DNA of 36,371 nt from Octopus bimaculoides (GCF_001194135.2 NC_068983.1:4348099-4384469); one strand, 5' to 3'. Shown: positions 1 to 10,602, numbered from the stretch's first letter. Notes: a model not told the origin generated them from the sequence alone. Numbers and translations are program-made.

Positions 1-387
1 TCTTCTCTAAAAATTTCGGATCATGTGCCTACAGTAGAAAAGAATAATAATGGTTTCAATTTTTTCCACACATAAGGGCAACAATTTTGGAGAAGGGTTT
101 AAGTCGATTACATCAACCCCCAATATTCAACTGGTACTTAATTAATCGACCCTGAAACGATAAAACACAAAGTCGACTGCGGCGGAATTTGAGCTCAGAA
201 CATCAAGACAGACGAAATACCGTTAAGCATTTTGTCCGGCGTGCTAACGATTCTGCCAGCTCACCGCCTTGAAACGCTAAAAGGCAAAGTCGTCCTCGAC
301 GGAATTTAAATGCAGAACGTAAAGACAGACGAAATACCGCTAAGCATTTCGCCTGGCGTGCTAACGATTCTGTCAGCACGCCGCCTT
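1..387 (-). mobile_element. tRNA-derived SINE family A (tail fragment, body, plus a second head copy)
   Basis: Minus strand reads GGCGGTGAGCTGGCAGAATCGTTAGCACGCC...TTCTGAGCTCAAATTCCGCCG (A-box/B-box-like). Same sequence recurs at 1580, 6062, 7361, 9730, 20983 and 31460. Head present twice (about 168-270 and 283-387). Confidence 0.85.
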
Positions 388-411
388 ATGTCCACCCAAA
401 TAAAATATGAA

Positions 412-456
412 CCAAAGGGATCCATAGGTAAAAAAAAAATGGTTGAGAACCACAAG
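412..456 (+). mobile_element. 3' terminal fragment of the hAT-like MITE seen at 1126-1480
   Basis: gggatccatagg...aaaaatggttgagaacc matches the 3' end of the 1126-1480 element (ggggtccatag...aaaaatggttgagaaccc). Confidence 0.6.
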
Positions 457-945
457 ATTAGAGTGTAAAATCTTTTTCCTGTGGCTTAGCGAGTTGAAGG
501 ATAAGAAGGAAATAATCAGTATCTTCAGTTCCTTAATCAGCAAAAAAACTAGCTGTAATTTGAACTTACGAGCCCATGTTTTAGTCAATATGTTGCCGTC
601 TTAGTCACCGGCGACAGATATACTGAGTTGTAGAGCGACATCCTTGACTGAAACTCTTCACGTGTCATGTGAGGAATGTCGACTAACGTTATCTTGATAG
701 TTTTTTTATCTCAAAGATATATGCCTTCGTTTCTTTTTTTATCTTTAAGTTGGGGGTGGAGAAGGCAGTGCCTGTGACCCTTTACAGACGAGGGAGATGG
801 AAGAGAGGAGGGGGAGGAAGGAGGGCAGGACGGTAGCCTCTAACCGGAGACCTGGCCTGAACGCTTGTAAGATGCTGGACTCGTCTAGAGAGGCAGGCAG
901 ACAGGCAGACGAACGTAAATAGACAGGCAGAGAGACAGACGGAAC

Positions 946-1004
<59 letters not shown>
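946..1004. repeat. (GATA)n microsatellite
   Basis: Direct inspection. Confidence 0.98.
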
Positions 1005-1006
<2 letters not shown>

Positions 1007-1125
1007 GGTACCAGTTGGTGGTGGTGCCCCATACATGTAGGCCATAGCAAGCTTTCAACTCAAAAAGGAAAGGGCAACAGCTACCAAAGAGTATCCAATC
1101 CGATTTTCTTTCGGTTCTTCTAAGC

Positions 1126-1480
1126 CAGTGCTTTTCAACCGGGATCCATACAGTCCCTGAGGGTCCATATAAGATTTTTTGAGGGTCCAAGTAATAAAAT
1201 AGTAAATTGGAGAGACACAGTAGTATATTAAGGGACCCCTAAAAAAATTTCCTTTAGATATATGTATTGGTTATGTAGTGCAAGAAACAGCTGGGATTCT
1301 TTCCCTAACTTTTTACATTGTTCAACCTACACAAGTTAATGTATGAAAAACGAAATAGGAATTTTGAAAGACGTTTCTACAAAACTAGTTTTTAGACATT
1401 GAATGACTACGGGGGTCTACCAGAATGAAATTATAATCAAAGGGGTCCATAGATTTTTAAAAAATGGTTGAGAACCCCCA
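1126..1480 (+). mobile_element. hAT (Charlie-like) MITE
   Basis: Imperfect TIRs cagtgcttttcaacc (1126-1140) / ggttgagaaccccca (1466-1480); degenerate 8-bp TSD ttctaagc / ctccaaac (5/8 match); non-coding interior. Confidence 0.7.
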
Positions 1481-1579
1481 CTCCAAACCATCATCACTTT
1501 GAATTGGTACTTTATAATTGCCCCTGAAAGAATAAAAGTTATCTCGGCGAGATTTGTGCTCTGAAAGAACCGGATCAAG

Positions 1580-1660
1580 TAAGCCCCGAAAGAAGAAAGG
1601 TAAAGTTCACCTCGGCGGGATTGGAACTCAGAACGCTGTGACTCGGATTCTGCCAATTTG
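1580..1660 (-). mobile_element. SINE family A internal fragment
   Basis: ccccgaaagaagaaaggtaaagttcacctcggcgggattggaactcagaac...gattctgcca matches the family A reverse complement. Confidence 0.7.
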
Positions 1661-1714
1661 CTGCTTTAGCAATGATGAAATGTTATAGCCGTTGATAGCT
1701 GTAAAGGACCCAAC

Positions 1715-1775
1715 GTACTACTAGTAGTAGTAGTAGAATTAGTAGTAGCAGCAGCAGCAACAGCAGTAGTAGTAT
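1715..1775. repeat. Compound (TAG)n/(CAG)n microsatellite
   Basis: Direct inspection. Confidence 0.9.
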
Positions 1776-1859
1776 GGGGACATGTGCTGTAACAACATGT
1801 CGCTCTTCCTCCATTTGTTGGTGATTTCCAACTACTCTTGGTAGATGACACCATTCAAG

Positions 1860-2135
1860 CAACAATCCTCCGACCCGTGTGTCTGTTCGGTGTTGATGGT
1901 CATTGTTGGCGAGGGTTTTACGAGGCCCTATCTCAAGCTCTTTTAATCACCTTTTACGACACACAGACGGTCTGGTCTATGACATGCCGCGTTCTTGTAC
2001 ACAGCACTAGAGCGACGTGAAAATGAAGTGTTTTGCTCAACAACGCAACACGCCACCCGGTCCGGGAATCGAATTCAGTATCTGGGGATCGTGAGTGCAA
2101 CATCCTAACCGCAAGGCTACGCGCCTTTACAACCA
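1860..2135 (-). mobile_element. tRNA-headed CORE-like SINE family B
   Basis: Minus strand: gtaaaggcgcgtagccttgcggttaggatgttgcactcacgatc...ttcgattcccggaccggg...ttgagcaaaacacttcattttcacgtcgctctag. Head and core shared with 12468, 25300 and 30292. Confidence 0.8.
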
Positions 2136-2344
2136 AAATGTTACTAAACTTAACAAAGCCTTTCTACGTCTTTGTTAAGATGGCGATACAAATTAGAATG
2201 TGTGAGACGAGTTGTGAATAAGACAACAACAGGTCTTAAAACGTTTTACGTCTGTTGAATTACTTCCCCTTTGCACACGGAAAAACTATTGAATACAGTT
2301 CTATATTTAAGAGATGAGGAATTATGTACATTATTTACATTATT

Positions 2345-3095
2345 TACATTTAACTTGGTGCCCAGTCGTTGCCAATTTTTTTATTCTTTATTTTCTGATA
2401 TAACATATAAACGTTTATTGTGTATTTTTTAATTTTATAACTTTGATAATGAGGAAGAAATTGCAATTAGAGACATTTTATGCTACCGTGGGAAAATGGA
2501 CTGAGTGCAACGGCCGCGGTAAAAGAAATTAATGATGTGGAAAGCTCAGGAACTGTCAACGAACATGTGGCACAAATTTGTTCAGACGTTTCAAGAAGGG
2601 TGACACCAGCTTCGAAGACAAAACAAAGACAGGGAGACCATGGTTGAACAGCAGCCAAGTACAAATACAAATATATTATCGACAGAATATGGTCCTTCAC
2701 AAAGCACCATCAATCAATAACTCAATAAGCTTGGCCTTGTGAATAGACTTTGTCCAGCAGTCCTTCGTGGACTGACCAATGACCAGGTTCAACGACGTGT
2801 GAGCATTTGCATACAACTGTTGGCAAGTCTTCGTTTATGGCATCGAAATGTATGCAACTGGGGATGAAAAATGAATATATTTTCGTAATCCTTATAAGAG
2901 AAATCAGTGGCTTCGTTCCGGCCGGTTTAAGAACCTGTTGTCAAAGAAAAGCGGTTTGAACAGAAGGTCATGTTGTGTGTTTTGTGGAATTTCGAGGGGG
3001 TGTTGTTTGCCCCCGATGATCATGCTATGAATGTTAACCTTTTCTTGTGTTCAATAATTACAGCGAGTACATGATACTTTGAAAGTCCGCTATCA
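2345..3095 (+). pseudogene. Decayed mariner (DD34D-type) transposase
   Basis: Broken frames give RHFML...SATAAVKEINDV...FRRFKKGDTSFEDKTKTGRP (HTH region), TGDEK-x-IYFRNP (first catalytic D), KVMLCVLWNFEGV and LQRVHDTLK. Multiple stops and frameshifts. Confidence 0.85.
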
Positions 3096-3439
3096 TATTC
3101 AATGTACTGAATAAACACTTACGCACACGAAGAATATCGAGAGATTTTAGAGCTGATTTTTTAAACATTACGTTAAACTTTAATACGCCTCAAAGCTATA
3201 CCAAATAATACATATGGTGCAGCATAAAGCTCATAGTTGGCTAAAACGCATACTAAGGGCAAATCATATCAGAAACAAATTACAAAACAAATGATAGCAT
3301 TGATACTTCAAAAACATTTCAACAACGTCAAGGACGCCCACAACCTTATAATTATTCATAACTATTGTAATTACATGATAAAAGCTGTTGTCTGTGACGT
3401 GGGTGTCTTTTCATTAGAAATGTATTTAAAATATGACAT

Positions 3440-4060
3440 TTCGATGACCGTTTAATCTCATAGCTGATGATGTTTGGGGATTTAAACATATATATATATA
3501 TATANNNNNNNNNNNNNNNNNNNNNNNNNNNNNNNNNNNNNNNNNNNNNNNNNNNNNNNNNNNNNNNNNNNNNNNNNNNNNNNNNNNNNNNNNNNNNNNN
3601 NNNNNNNNNNNNNNNNNNNNNNNNNNNNNNNNNNNNNNNNNNNNNNNNNNNNNNNNNNNNNNNNNNNNNNNNNNNNNNNNNNNNNNNNNNNNNNNNNNNN
3701 NNNNNNNNNNNNNNNNNNNNNNNNNNNNNNNNNNNNNNNNNNATATGTATGTATGTATGTATATATATGGAAAATGAAAGACGGAAGATGGAATATACGA
3801 GAATTTTTATTATTAACCACGACAATTGTTTCGACACATCTAGCATCGATCCCTCACGGGTGGGACACTTGACGACTGTTTCAGGAGCATCCGGCGGTGC
3901 AAATGTGTCTCATCGGGTGATTAACAAATATATATATAGCGCAAATGTACAAGAGACGAAAGACAGAGACAGGTATGGAAGACAACAAGTAAGGTGTACG
4001 ACGCTCGGGAAAATTGGAAAAGTCTGATGTTTCGAACCTACGCCCTTCGACAGAAAGGAA
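3440..4060. other. Cluster of three degenerate hammerhead-ribozyme-like motifs (Penelope pLTR/retrozyme-like remnant)
   Basis: Plus 3464-3488: CTGATGA-tgttt/aaaca stem. Minus 3817-3863: ccac...GAAAC-aatt-GTC-gtgg. Minus 4021-4057: ctgtcga-agggc gtag gttc-GAAAC-atc. Each deviates from the canonical core. Confidence 0.4.
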
Positions 4061-4261
4061 TGAGGAAAGAAGACGGAGAGAGAAAGAAAAATGTCTGGAT
4101 TAACGGTTTCATGGGTCGAACCCAGCTGCCATCTTCAATTATAACATTATTTTCATGACAAATCAACAATGTTGGCCTGATAGATCCATAATCCGTGAGA
4201 CTTCATTTATTATGTATCGTGTCAGCCAAAATTTTGTGCGTGACAGAGGGACACAAACACA

Positions 4262-4908
4262 TTTATGCAAATGCATGAATATATATGCATGTATATATCC
4301 GTGCACTGGCATACATGCGCATACATACACATTCATAAGTATATACATACATGACATATACACACGTACACACATAAATATATTTCTGTGTGCGTGTGGG
4401 TATATATGTGTGTGTGAGAGAGTTTGTGTGCGTGTATATATATTTATACATTTATATACATATAAATATGAACATACATATGTATATACGTTTATGTATG
4501 TATATATATGTATATATATATATGCACATGTATGTATATATATATATATATACACACACGTATATATATATGTATGTGTGTTTGTGCGTATATATGTGAG
4601 TATGTATATATGTATGTATATATATGCATATATGCATGTATGCATGTATGTATGTATGTATGTATGTATGTATGTATAGCTGAGGTTAGGGACCGTATTG
4701 GTCAAGGCCGTAGACAACCAGTCAGTCTAAAAAAACTGTAAATGAAAAATGATAAAATAAATAGCCGAAAAATGCAAATAGGCGCAAAATATTTAAATTG
4801 TTTGAAAGAAAAAATAAACACAATCGTAAGTACCAAAACAGACTCGTGGTGAACATATGATACGACGCAATGCGTATACATGGACGTGCGTAGATATGAA
4901 TGTGTGTG

Positions 4909-4966
<58 letters not shown>

Positions 4967-5107
4967 CACACATATATATAGACATACGTACATAAACACA
5001 CATATATATATATACATACATACATAAATATATATATATACACATATGTATGCATATATATATACATATATATACACACATAATCGTATATATACTCACA
5101 CACACAC

Positions 5108-5189
<82 letters not shown>

Positions 5190-5405
5190 GATATATCAAC
5201 TTTTGCATATCCTCATGTCAAGCATGTATACATTATTATATACATATATATATATATATATACATACATGTGTACATACAAACATACTTACATGCATAAA
5301 CATATATACATACATGTATGGGGATTATTCAAACATGTACATGCGTGTGGTGTTCATAATGTTTATATACAAAGTATATATATATATTTCTATATGTATG
5401 TGTAT
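4262..5405. repeat. Compound AT/GT/CA/TATG microsatellite field (interrupted by non-repeat sequence at about 4680-4890)
   Basis: Direct inspection; source of the many MYVCIY-type ORFs. Confidence 0.95.
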
Positions 5406-5615
5406 ATGCTTGTGTGTCTGTGTTTGTCCCCCCCCCCCACATCGCTTGACAACCGATGCTGATGTGTTTACGTCCCCGCAACTTAGCGGTTCGGCAAAAC
5501 AGACCGATAGAGTAAGTACTAGGCTTACAAAGAATAAGTCCTGGGGTCGTTCTACTCCAGAATGGCCGCAGTCAAATGACTGAAACAAGTAAAAGAGTAA
5601 AAGAATAAAAGAATA
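5405..5615 (+). mobile_element. SINE family C, 3' half
   Basis: cccccacatcgcttgacaaccgatgctgatgtgtttacgtccccgcaacttagcggttcggcaaaac...atggccgcagtcaaatgactgaaacaagtaaaagag, shared with 6975, 13500, 21762, 22795 and 35005. Confidence 0.85.
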
Positions 5616-5619
5616 TAAT

Positions 5620-5992
5620 TGTATGTGTGTGTGCGTGTTGTGTGTGTATGTGTGTGCGATGTGTGTGTGCGTGATGTGTGTGTATGTGTGTGCGATGTGT
5701 GTGTGCGTGTTGTGTGTGTATGTGTGTGCGATGTGTGTGTGCGTGTTGTGTGTGTATGTGTGTGCGATGTGTGTGTGCCNNNNNNNNNNNNNNNNNNNNN
5801 NNNNNNNNNNNNNNNNNNNNNNNNNNNNNNNNNNNNNNNNGTGTGTGCGTGTTGTGTGTGTATGTGTGTGCGATGTGTGTGTGCGTGATGTGTGTATGTG
5901 TGTGCGATGTGTGTGTGCGTGTTGTGTGTGTATGTGTGTGCGATGTGTGTGTGCGTGTTGTGTGTGTATGTGTGTGCGATGTGTGTGTGCCT
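5620..5992. repeat. 36-bp minisatellite derived from (GT)n
   Basis: Unit gcgtgttgtgtgtgtatgtgtgtgcgatgtgtgtgt; translates as a 12-aa periodicity (HTHIAHTYTHNT) in the ORF track; spans a gap. Confidence 0.9.
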
Positions 5993-6061
5993 GTAGTATA
6001 GTATAGTAGTGCACATGAGAGTAACACGTGTAAAGAGTCTGTAATTTATCAAGTAATAACC

Positions 6062-6135
6062 CTTTCCACTCTAGGCACAAGGCCTGAAATTTGGGGGAAA
6101 GGGACCAGTGGATTAAATCGACCCCAGTGTTTCAC
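6062..6135 (-). mobile_element. SINE family A 3' tail fragment
   Basis: cctttccactctaggcacaaggcctgaaatttgggg...aatcgaccccagt matches the family A tail at 9750-9810. Confidence 0.75.
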
Positions 6136-6163
6136 CAACAATACCAACAACAATAAAATTGCG

Positions 6164-6164
<1 letters not shown>

Positions 6165-6197
<33 letters not shown>

Positions 6198-6226
6198 CCA
6201 CCACCATCATCGTCATCATCATCATC

Positions 6227-6263
<37 letters not shown>

Positions 6264-6556
6264 CCATCATCATCATCGTCATCATCATCGTCATCATCGT
6301 CATCGTCATCATCATCATCGTCATCATCATCGTCATCATCATCGTCATCATCGTCAACGTCATCGTCGTCATCACCTACCTAAAACGGTAATTTTAACAA
6401 TAGTCACATCAAATTCGGTTCCCACCATCATCAATCATCATTGCCATTACCACCACCACCACCATCACCAGCGCCATGCCATCGTCGTAATCATCATTAT
6501 CATCATCATCACAACTACCGCTGTCATCATCACCATCACGATCGTCATCATCATCC

Positions 6557-6607
<51 letters not shown>

Positions 6608-6725
6608 ACACCACCATTATCATCATCATCATAATCATCATCACTACTACCACCATCACCACCGCCATCTTATTGTCGTCATCACCATCATCACCATCAT
6701 CATCACCATCATCAACAACGTCATA
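6165..6725. repeat. Compound (CAT)n/(CAC)n/(CGT)n trinucleotide microsatellite
   Basis: Direct inspection; source of the poly-His, poly-Ser and poly-Met ORFs. Confidence 0.95.
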
Positions 6726-6974
6726 ACTACATCCACCGCAATTTTTAGTCTTTTAAACCCTAATCCTAAACTTCATATTTTCCCCATAGATTTCGCCAAG
6801 TTACCAAGATCTAAAGAACGGCAGCGCACACTTCCTTTCAAAAGACATTGCTTTCTTACAGAAACCAAAGAATCGCCGCTTCCCAAACAAAACGTCCTCT
6901 GCAAGTTGTCCTCGATGGAAAATACAACTTCCGGTATGACATCGTTACGTTGTACCTTTTCAGTTAGTTTCAGT

Positions 6975-7323
6975 TATTAGACTGCGGCCATCCTGGGGCA
7001 CCGCTATGAAGAATTTGTGGTCGAATGAATCGAGTTATGTACTTATACATTTTTAAGCCTGATACTTGTACTATCGGTTTCTTTTGCCGAACCACTAAGT
7101 AATGGGGGTCGTAAACACACAAACACCGGTTTTCTGGCAGTGCTGAAGGACAAACACAGACACAAAGACGCGCATACACACATCGACAGGCTTCTTTCAG
7201 TTTCCGTCTACCAAATCCACTCACAAGGTTTTGGTCGGCCCAAGGTTATAGTGGAGAAACTCTTTCCCAAGGTGCCATGTTAAAGGGGATGCCAGCTTCT
7301 TACCACACAGCCACACCTCTGCC
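6975..7323 (-). mobile_element. SINE family C, near full length
   Basis: Reverse complement of the 21762-22180 element, including ttctttcagtttccgtctaccaaatccactcacaagg and cccaaggtgcca, with a short central (CA)-rich spacer. Confidence 0.85.
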
Positions 7324-7360
7324 TATCGGTATCGATTATTAATCAATATAATATCTTATT

Positions 7361-7470
7361 GAGGCGGCGAGGAGCTGTCAGAAATGTTAGCATGCCGGGC
7401 GAAATGCGTAGCGGTATTTCGTCTGTCTTTACGTTCTGAGCTCAAATTCCGCCGATGTCAACTTTACCTT
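7361..7470 (+). mobile_element. SINE family A head, running into a gap
   Basis: gaggcggcgaggagctgtcagaaatgttagcatgccgggcgaaatgcgtagcggtatttcgtctgtctttacgttctgagctcaaattccgccg. Confidence 0.85.
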
Positions 7471-8058
7471 NNNNNNNNNNNNNNNNNNNNNNNNNNNNNN
7501 NNNNNNNNNNNNNNNNNNNNNNNNNNNNNNNNNNNNNNNNNNNNNNNNNNNNNNNNNNNNNNNNNNNNNNNNNNNNNNNNNNNNNNNNNNNNNNNNNNNN
7601 NNNNNNNNNNNNNNNNNNNNNNNNNNNNNNNNNNNNNNNNNNNNNNNNNNNNNNNNNNNNNNNNNNNNNNNNNNNNNNNNNNNNNNNNNNNNNNNNNNNN
7701 NNNNNNNNNNNNNNNNNNNNNNNNNNNNNNNNNNNNNNNNNNNNNNNNNNNNNNNNNNNNNNNNNNNNNNNNNNNNNNNNNNNNNNNNNNNNNNNNNNNN
7801 NNNNNNNNNNNNNNNNNNNNNNNNNNNNNNNNNNNNNNNNNNNNNNNNNNNNNNNNNNNNNNNNNNNNNNNNNNNNNNNNNNNNNNNNNNNNNNNNNNNN
7901 NNNNNNNNNNNNNNNNNNNNNNNNNNNNNNNNNNNNNNNNNNNNNNNNNNNNNNNNNNNNNNNNNNNNNNNNNNNNNNNNNNNNNNNNNNNNNNNNNNNN
8001 NNNNNNNNNNNNNNNNNNNNNNNNNNNNNNNNNNNNNNNNNNNNNNNNNNNNNNNNNN

Positions 8059-8185
8059 CGATGGTGGTGGTGGAGTGGTGCTGGTGGTGGTGGAGTGGTG
8101 CTGGTGGTGGTGGAGTGGTGTTGGTGGTGGTGGAGTGGTGCTGGTGGTGGTGGAGTGGTGCTGGTGGTGGTGATGATGATAATGA
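8059..8185. repeat. 20-bp G-rich minisatellite
   Basis: Unit ggtggtggtggagtggtgct, about 5 visible copies, extending into the gap on the left. Confidence 0.9.
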
Positions 8186-8519
8186 AGATGATTGTATTTT
8201 AACCGTTTAAACAGCTGTAGAGCTTAGAATAAAATTGTGAAAATTCTGTGAAATCTTTGTGTTTTTACAATTTGAAATATATACATACAGCCACACACAT
8301 AAACACACACGTGTGTGTGTATGTGTCTGTATTTGCTTGTGTATGCATGTATGTGTGTATGTATGTATGTATGTGTATGTATATATATGTATGTTATTGC
8401 TCGGTTTTATTTCAAGATTTCTTGCCAATAGAGAAAGAACCGGTTTCTAACCTAGATCCAAGTCCCCTTTGTTGCAATTTCAACATCATCAACAGGGTAT
8501 TTTTTGTTTGTTTGTTTGT

Positions 8520-9260
8520 ATGTATATATGTATGTATGTATGTATGGATGTATATGTGCAGACTTGTATGTTTTGCTTTATGTATGTATTCTCATGCATA
8601 TAGTTGCATCTCTAGACATGCTCATATATATTTAAATGATAAACTTCTGGAAAGTTTTACAGTTTTTTACAGTTCCACTGATAGATTGGATCTGTAGTCT
8701 TTGAATTAGCTTTCTCCTTTCTGGTTTTGAGAAACCTAATTTCTCAATATTGATATTTAAGCAATGTATTACGTATCCCAGGGCCCCAATAATTAGAGGT
8801 ATAGACCTGAACTTGTAATCTGGATAGAGTAACTGCAGATTTCTGAATAGTTCAGCATAGGTGTTCTCTTTTTCACTGAACTTCAGCTTTATGTTAACAT
8901 CCACGGGGCAACTAATTTCCACAACTGTGCACAGTTTCTCTTCTGCATCCCAAATCATTATATCAGGTCTGTTGTGCTTACATTTTATTGGGGTCTTCAC
9001 TGGAACATTCCACCAGTATTCCTTTTTTTTTATTATGAGTGGCTATGGCTTCTACCATATTGTGGGTTCTTATTTCTTTGTCCTCGGGATTATTCTTCCG
9101 ACGGATTTCGTTATTGAGTGTCCTAGGTACATCATGATGTCTCATCGGTAGATAATACCGTGATGACATTTTCGGACAACTGATTTGAAAGCAATGAACA
9201 CAAGTTCGCAGAGGCATGAAACATGAGTCGCAGTTTTGGTTCCTTCGAAATCCTTTGAAT
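8520..9260 (-). mobile_element. 5'-truncated non-LTR retrotransposon with restriction-like endonuclease (RLE; R2 superfamily)
   Basis: Degenerate CCHC knuckle (C-x2-C...H...SCPKMSSRYYLPMRH), then frameshifted HNRPDIMIWDAEEKLCTVVEISCP...KENTY...IPLIIGALG (PD-(D/E)xK RLE; ORF 8632-9000). Short 3' UTR ends in (CATA)n. Confidence 0.9.
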
Positions 9261-9261
9261 C

Positions 9262-9492
9262 CTTGACAGACCTTCAGTTCTGAAAAAGCTGTAAAATTTC
9301 ACTTGGAAACGTGTTTCGTCAGTAAAGAAATGAATTTTTGGAGCGGGAAATAATGGATCTTTCCACGAAATGGCAGAAGATACTGGGATAAAACGGTAAT
9401 TCTATCATCGATGGAATAAATCGCTTTTTATTTAAAACTTGTGTCTCAAGTTTGCTTAATATAATCAAGCAGACTTTTTGGCCCACCTATTA
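9262..9492 (+). mobile_element. mariner 3' end (C-terminal transposase remnant + TIR)
   Basis: SSEKAVKFHLETCFVSKE / IMDLSTKWQKILG*NGNSIID; ends in cagactttttggcccacctat-TA, a mariner-type TIR plus TA. Confidence 0.75.
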
Positions 9493-9729
9493 TATACAGG
9501 TAAACTTACGTCTACATGAAAGAGAATGTCCTTACGATTAGTTCTAGAATAAGTAATTTTATTTTTTAGATGTTATTGAAAATACTATTTCCCACAATGT
9601 CAGCCTTGTTTCATATCTTATCTATAAAGAATCGACGGACAGTTTAAGACGTCCAGCGAATCTTCAAGTCGCGGTGAAAACGAATTTTATAACATATTCA
9701 CACACAGATCGTAATGACGGGCGAACTGT

Positions 9730-9927
9730 TTGCTAACGATTCTGCCAGATCCTTTCTACTATAGGCACACGGCCTGAAATTTGGGGGGAGGGAGATGGTT
9801 GATTACATCGACCACAGTACTTAATTTATCGACCCCGAAAGGATAAAAGAGCAAAGTCGACCTCGGCGGAATTTGAACTAAGCATTTCGCCCGGCGTGCT
9901 AACGATTCTGCCGACTCGCTACCTTAG
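9730..9927 (-). mobile_element. SINE family A (internally deleted)
   Basis: gtcgacctcggcggaatttgaac-taagcatttcgcccggcgtgctaacgattctgcc plus tail cctttctactataggcacacggcctgaaatttgggg. Confidence 0.85.
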
Positions 9928-10517
9928 AAAATAAAACGCTATATTACAATATTATTCACAGAACATTAAACAATTTACATGTAATTATTATTCCAGACAA
10001 TCTTTTTTTACCATATTACTCACAGTAAAACTGTGTGTTCTATTAAGATTGTTTCGATCGTTATTTAGCAGGGGGCAACGGGTGATATTTTAGCTTGATT
10101 AACTACCATAGCAAAACATAAATCAAATTATGCATGATGTAAATATTTTCATATTACTATGATTTAAGCAGTAATAAACCAATATGTAATAACACTAAGC
10201 CCCGTAATAATTTCACGAATACCTACTTTATGTTTATATACACATACATACATGCACGCACATTCTTTGTTATTTATACTATATATATAAATCTTGTAAA
10301 GAATTTATAGAATGTGTTTTACTAAGAATGAACTTAAATAATAATCTTAACAATAATTAATCTGATACTGCAATTAGACAGTAATTTATGTCTTTTTAAA
10401 ATAAATTTGAAAACTAAATAGTATTTTTTCACCAACTCGAAATAAATAAAACTTAAGAAACAAGAAATTGTCCCTTTGTTTAGAATTCTTTCCTACATAT
10501 TTCGGTTTTAATATTTC

Positions 10518-10602
10518 CCCTGTCAGCCAGCCAATCAGACGTCCCTCTGTCAGCCAGCCAATCAGACGTCCCTCTGTCAGCCAGCCAATCAGACGTCCCT
10601 AT
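10518..10602 (+). repeat. Three tandem 27-bp units, each containing a CCAAT box
   Basis: ctgtcagccagccaatcagacgtccct x3, seen directly. Confidence 0.95.

Noticed and set aside
6441-6725. Poly-His/Pro 'protein' at the start of ORF 6441-6980
   Set aside because: Simply the (CAT)n/(CAC)n microsatellite; no splice or codon evidence.
6754-6770. aaaccctaatcctaaac as an interstitial telomeric repeat
   Set aside because: Only about two imperfect units.
7361-7460. SINE heads as tRNA genes
   Set aside because: A/B-box-like motifs are present but no complete cloverleaf; they continue into SINE bodies and are diverged among copies.
2345-9492. The mariner 5' part (2.3-3.1 kb) and 3' part (9.3-9.5 kb) as one interrupted element
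   Set aside because: The putative 5' terminus (ttaacttggtgcccagtcg) does not match the reverse complement of the 3' TIR (ataggtgggccaaaaagtctg); more likely two families.
9570-9735. Open frame after a T-rich acceptor (DVIENTISHNVSLVSY...)
   Set aside because: No convincing donor and no recognisable motif; a 55-codon frame is within chance.
10065-10078. Weak CTCF-like ttagcagggggcaa
   Set aside because: Misses the leading CC and the final position; expected by chance.
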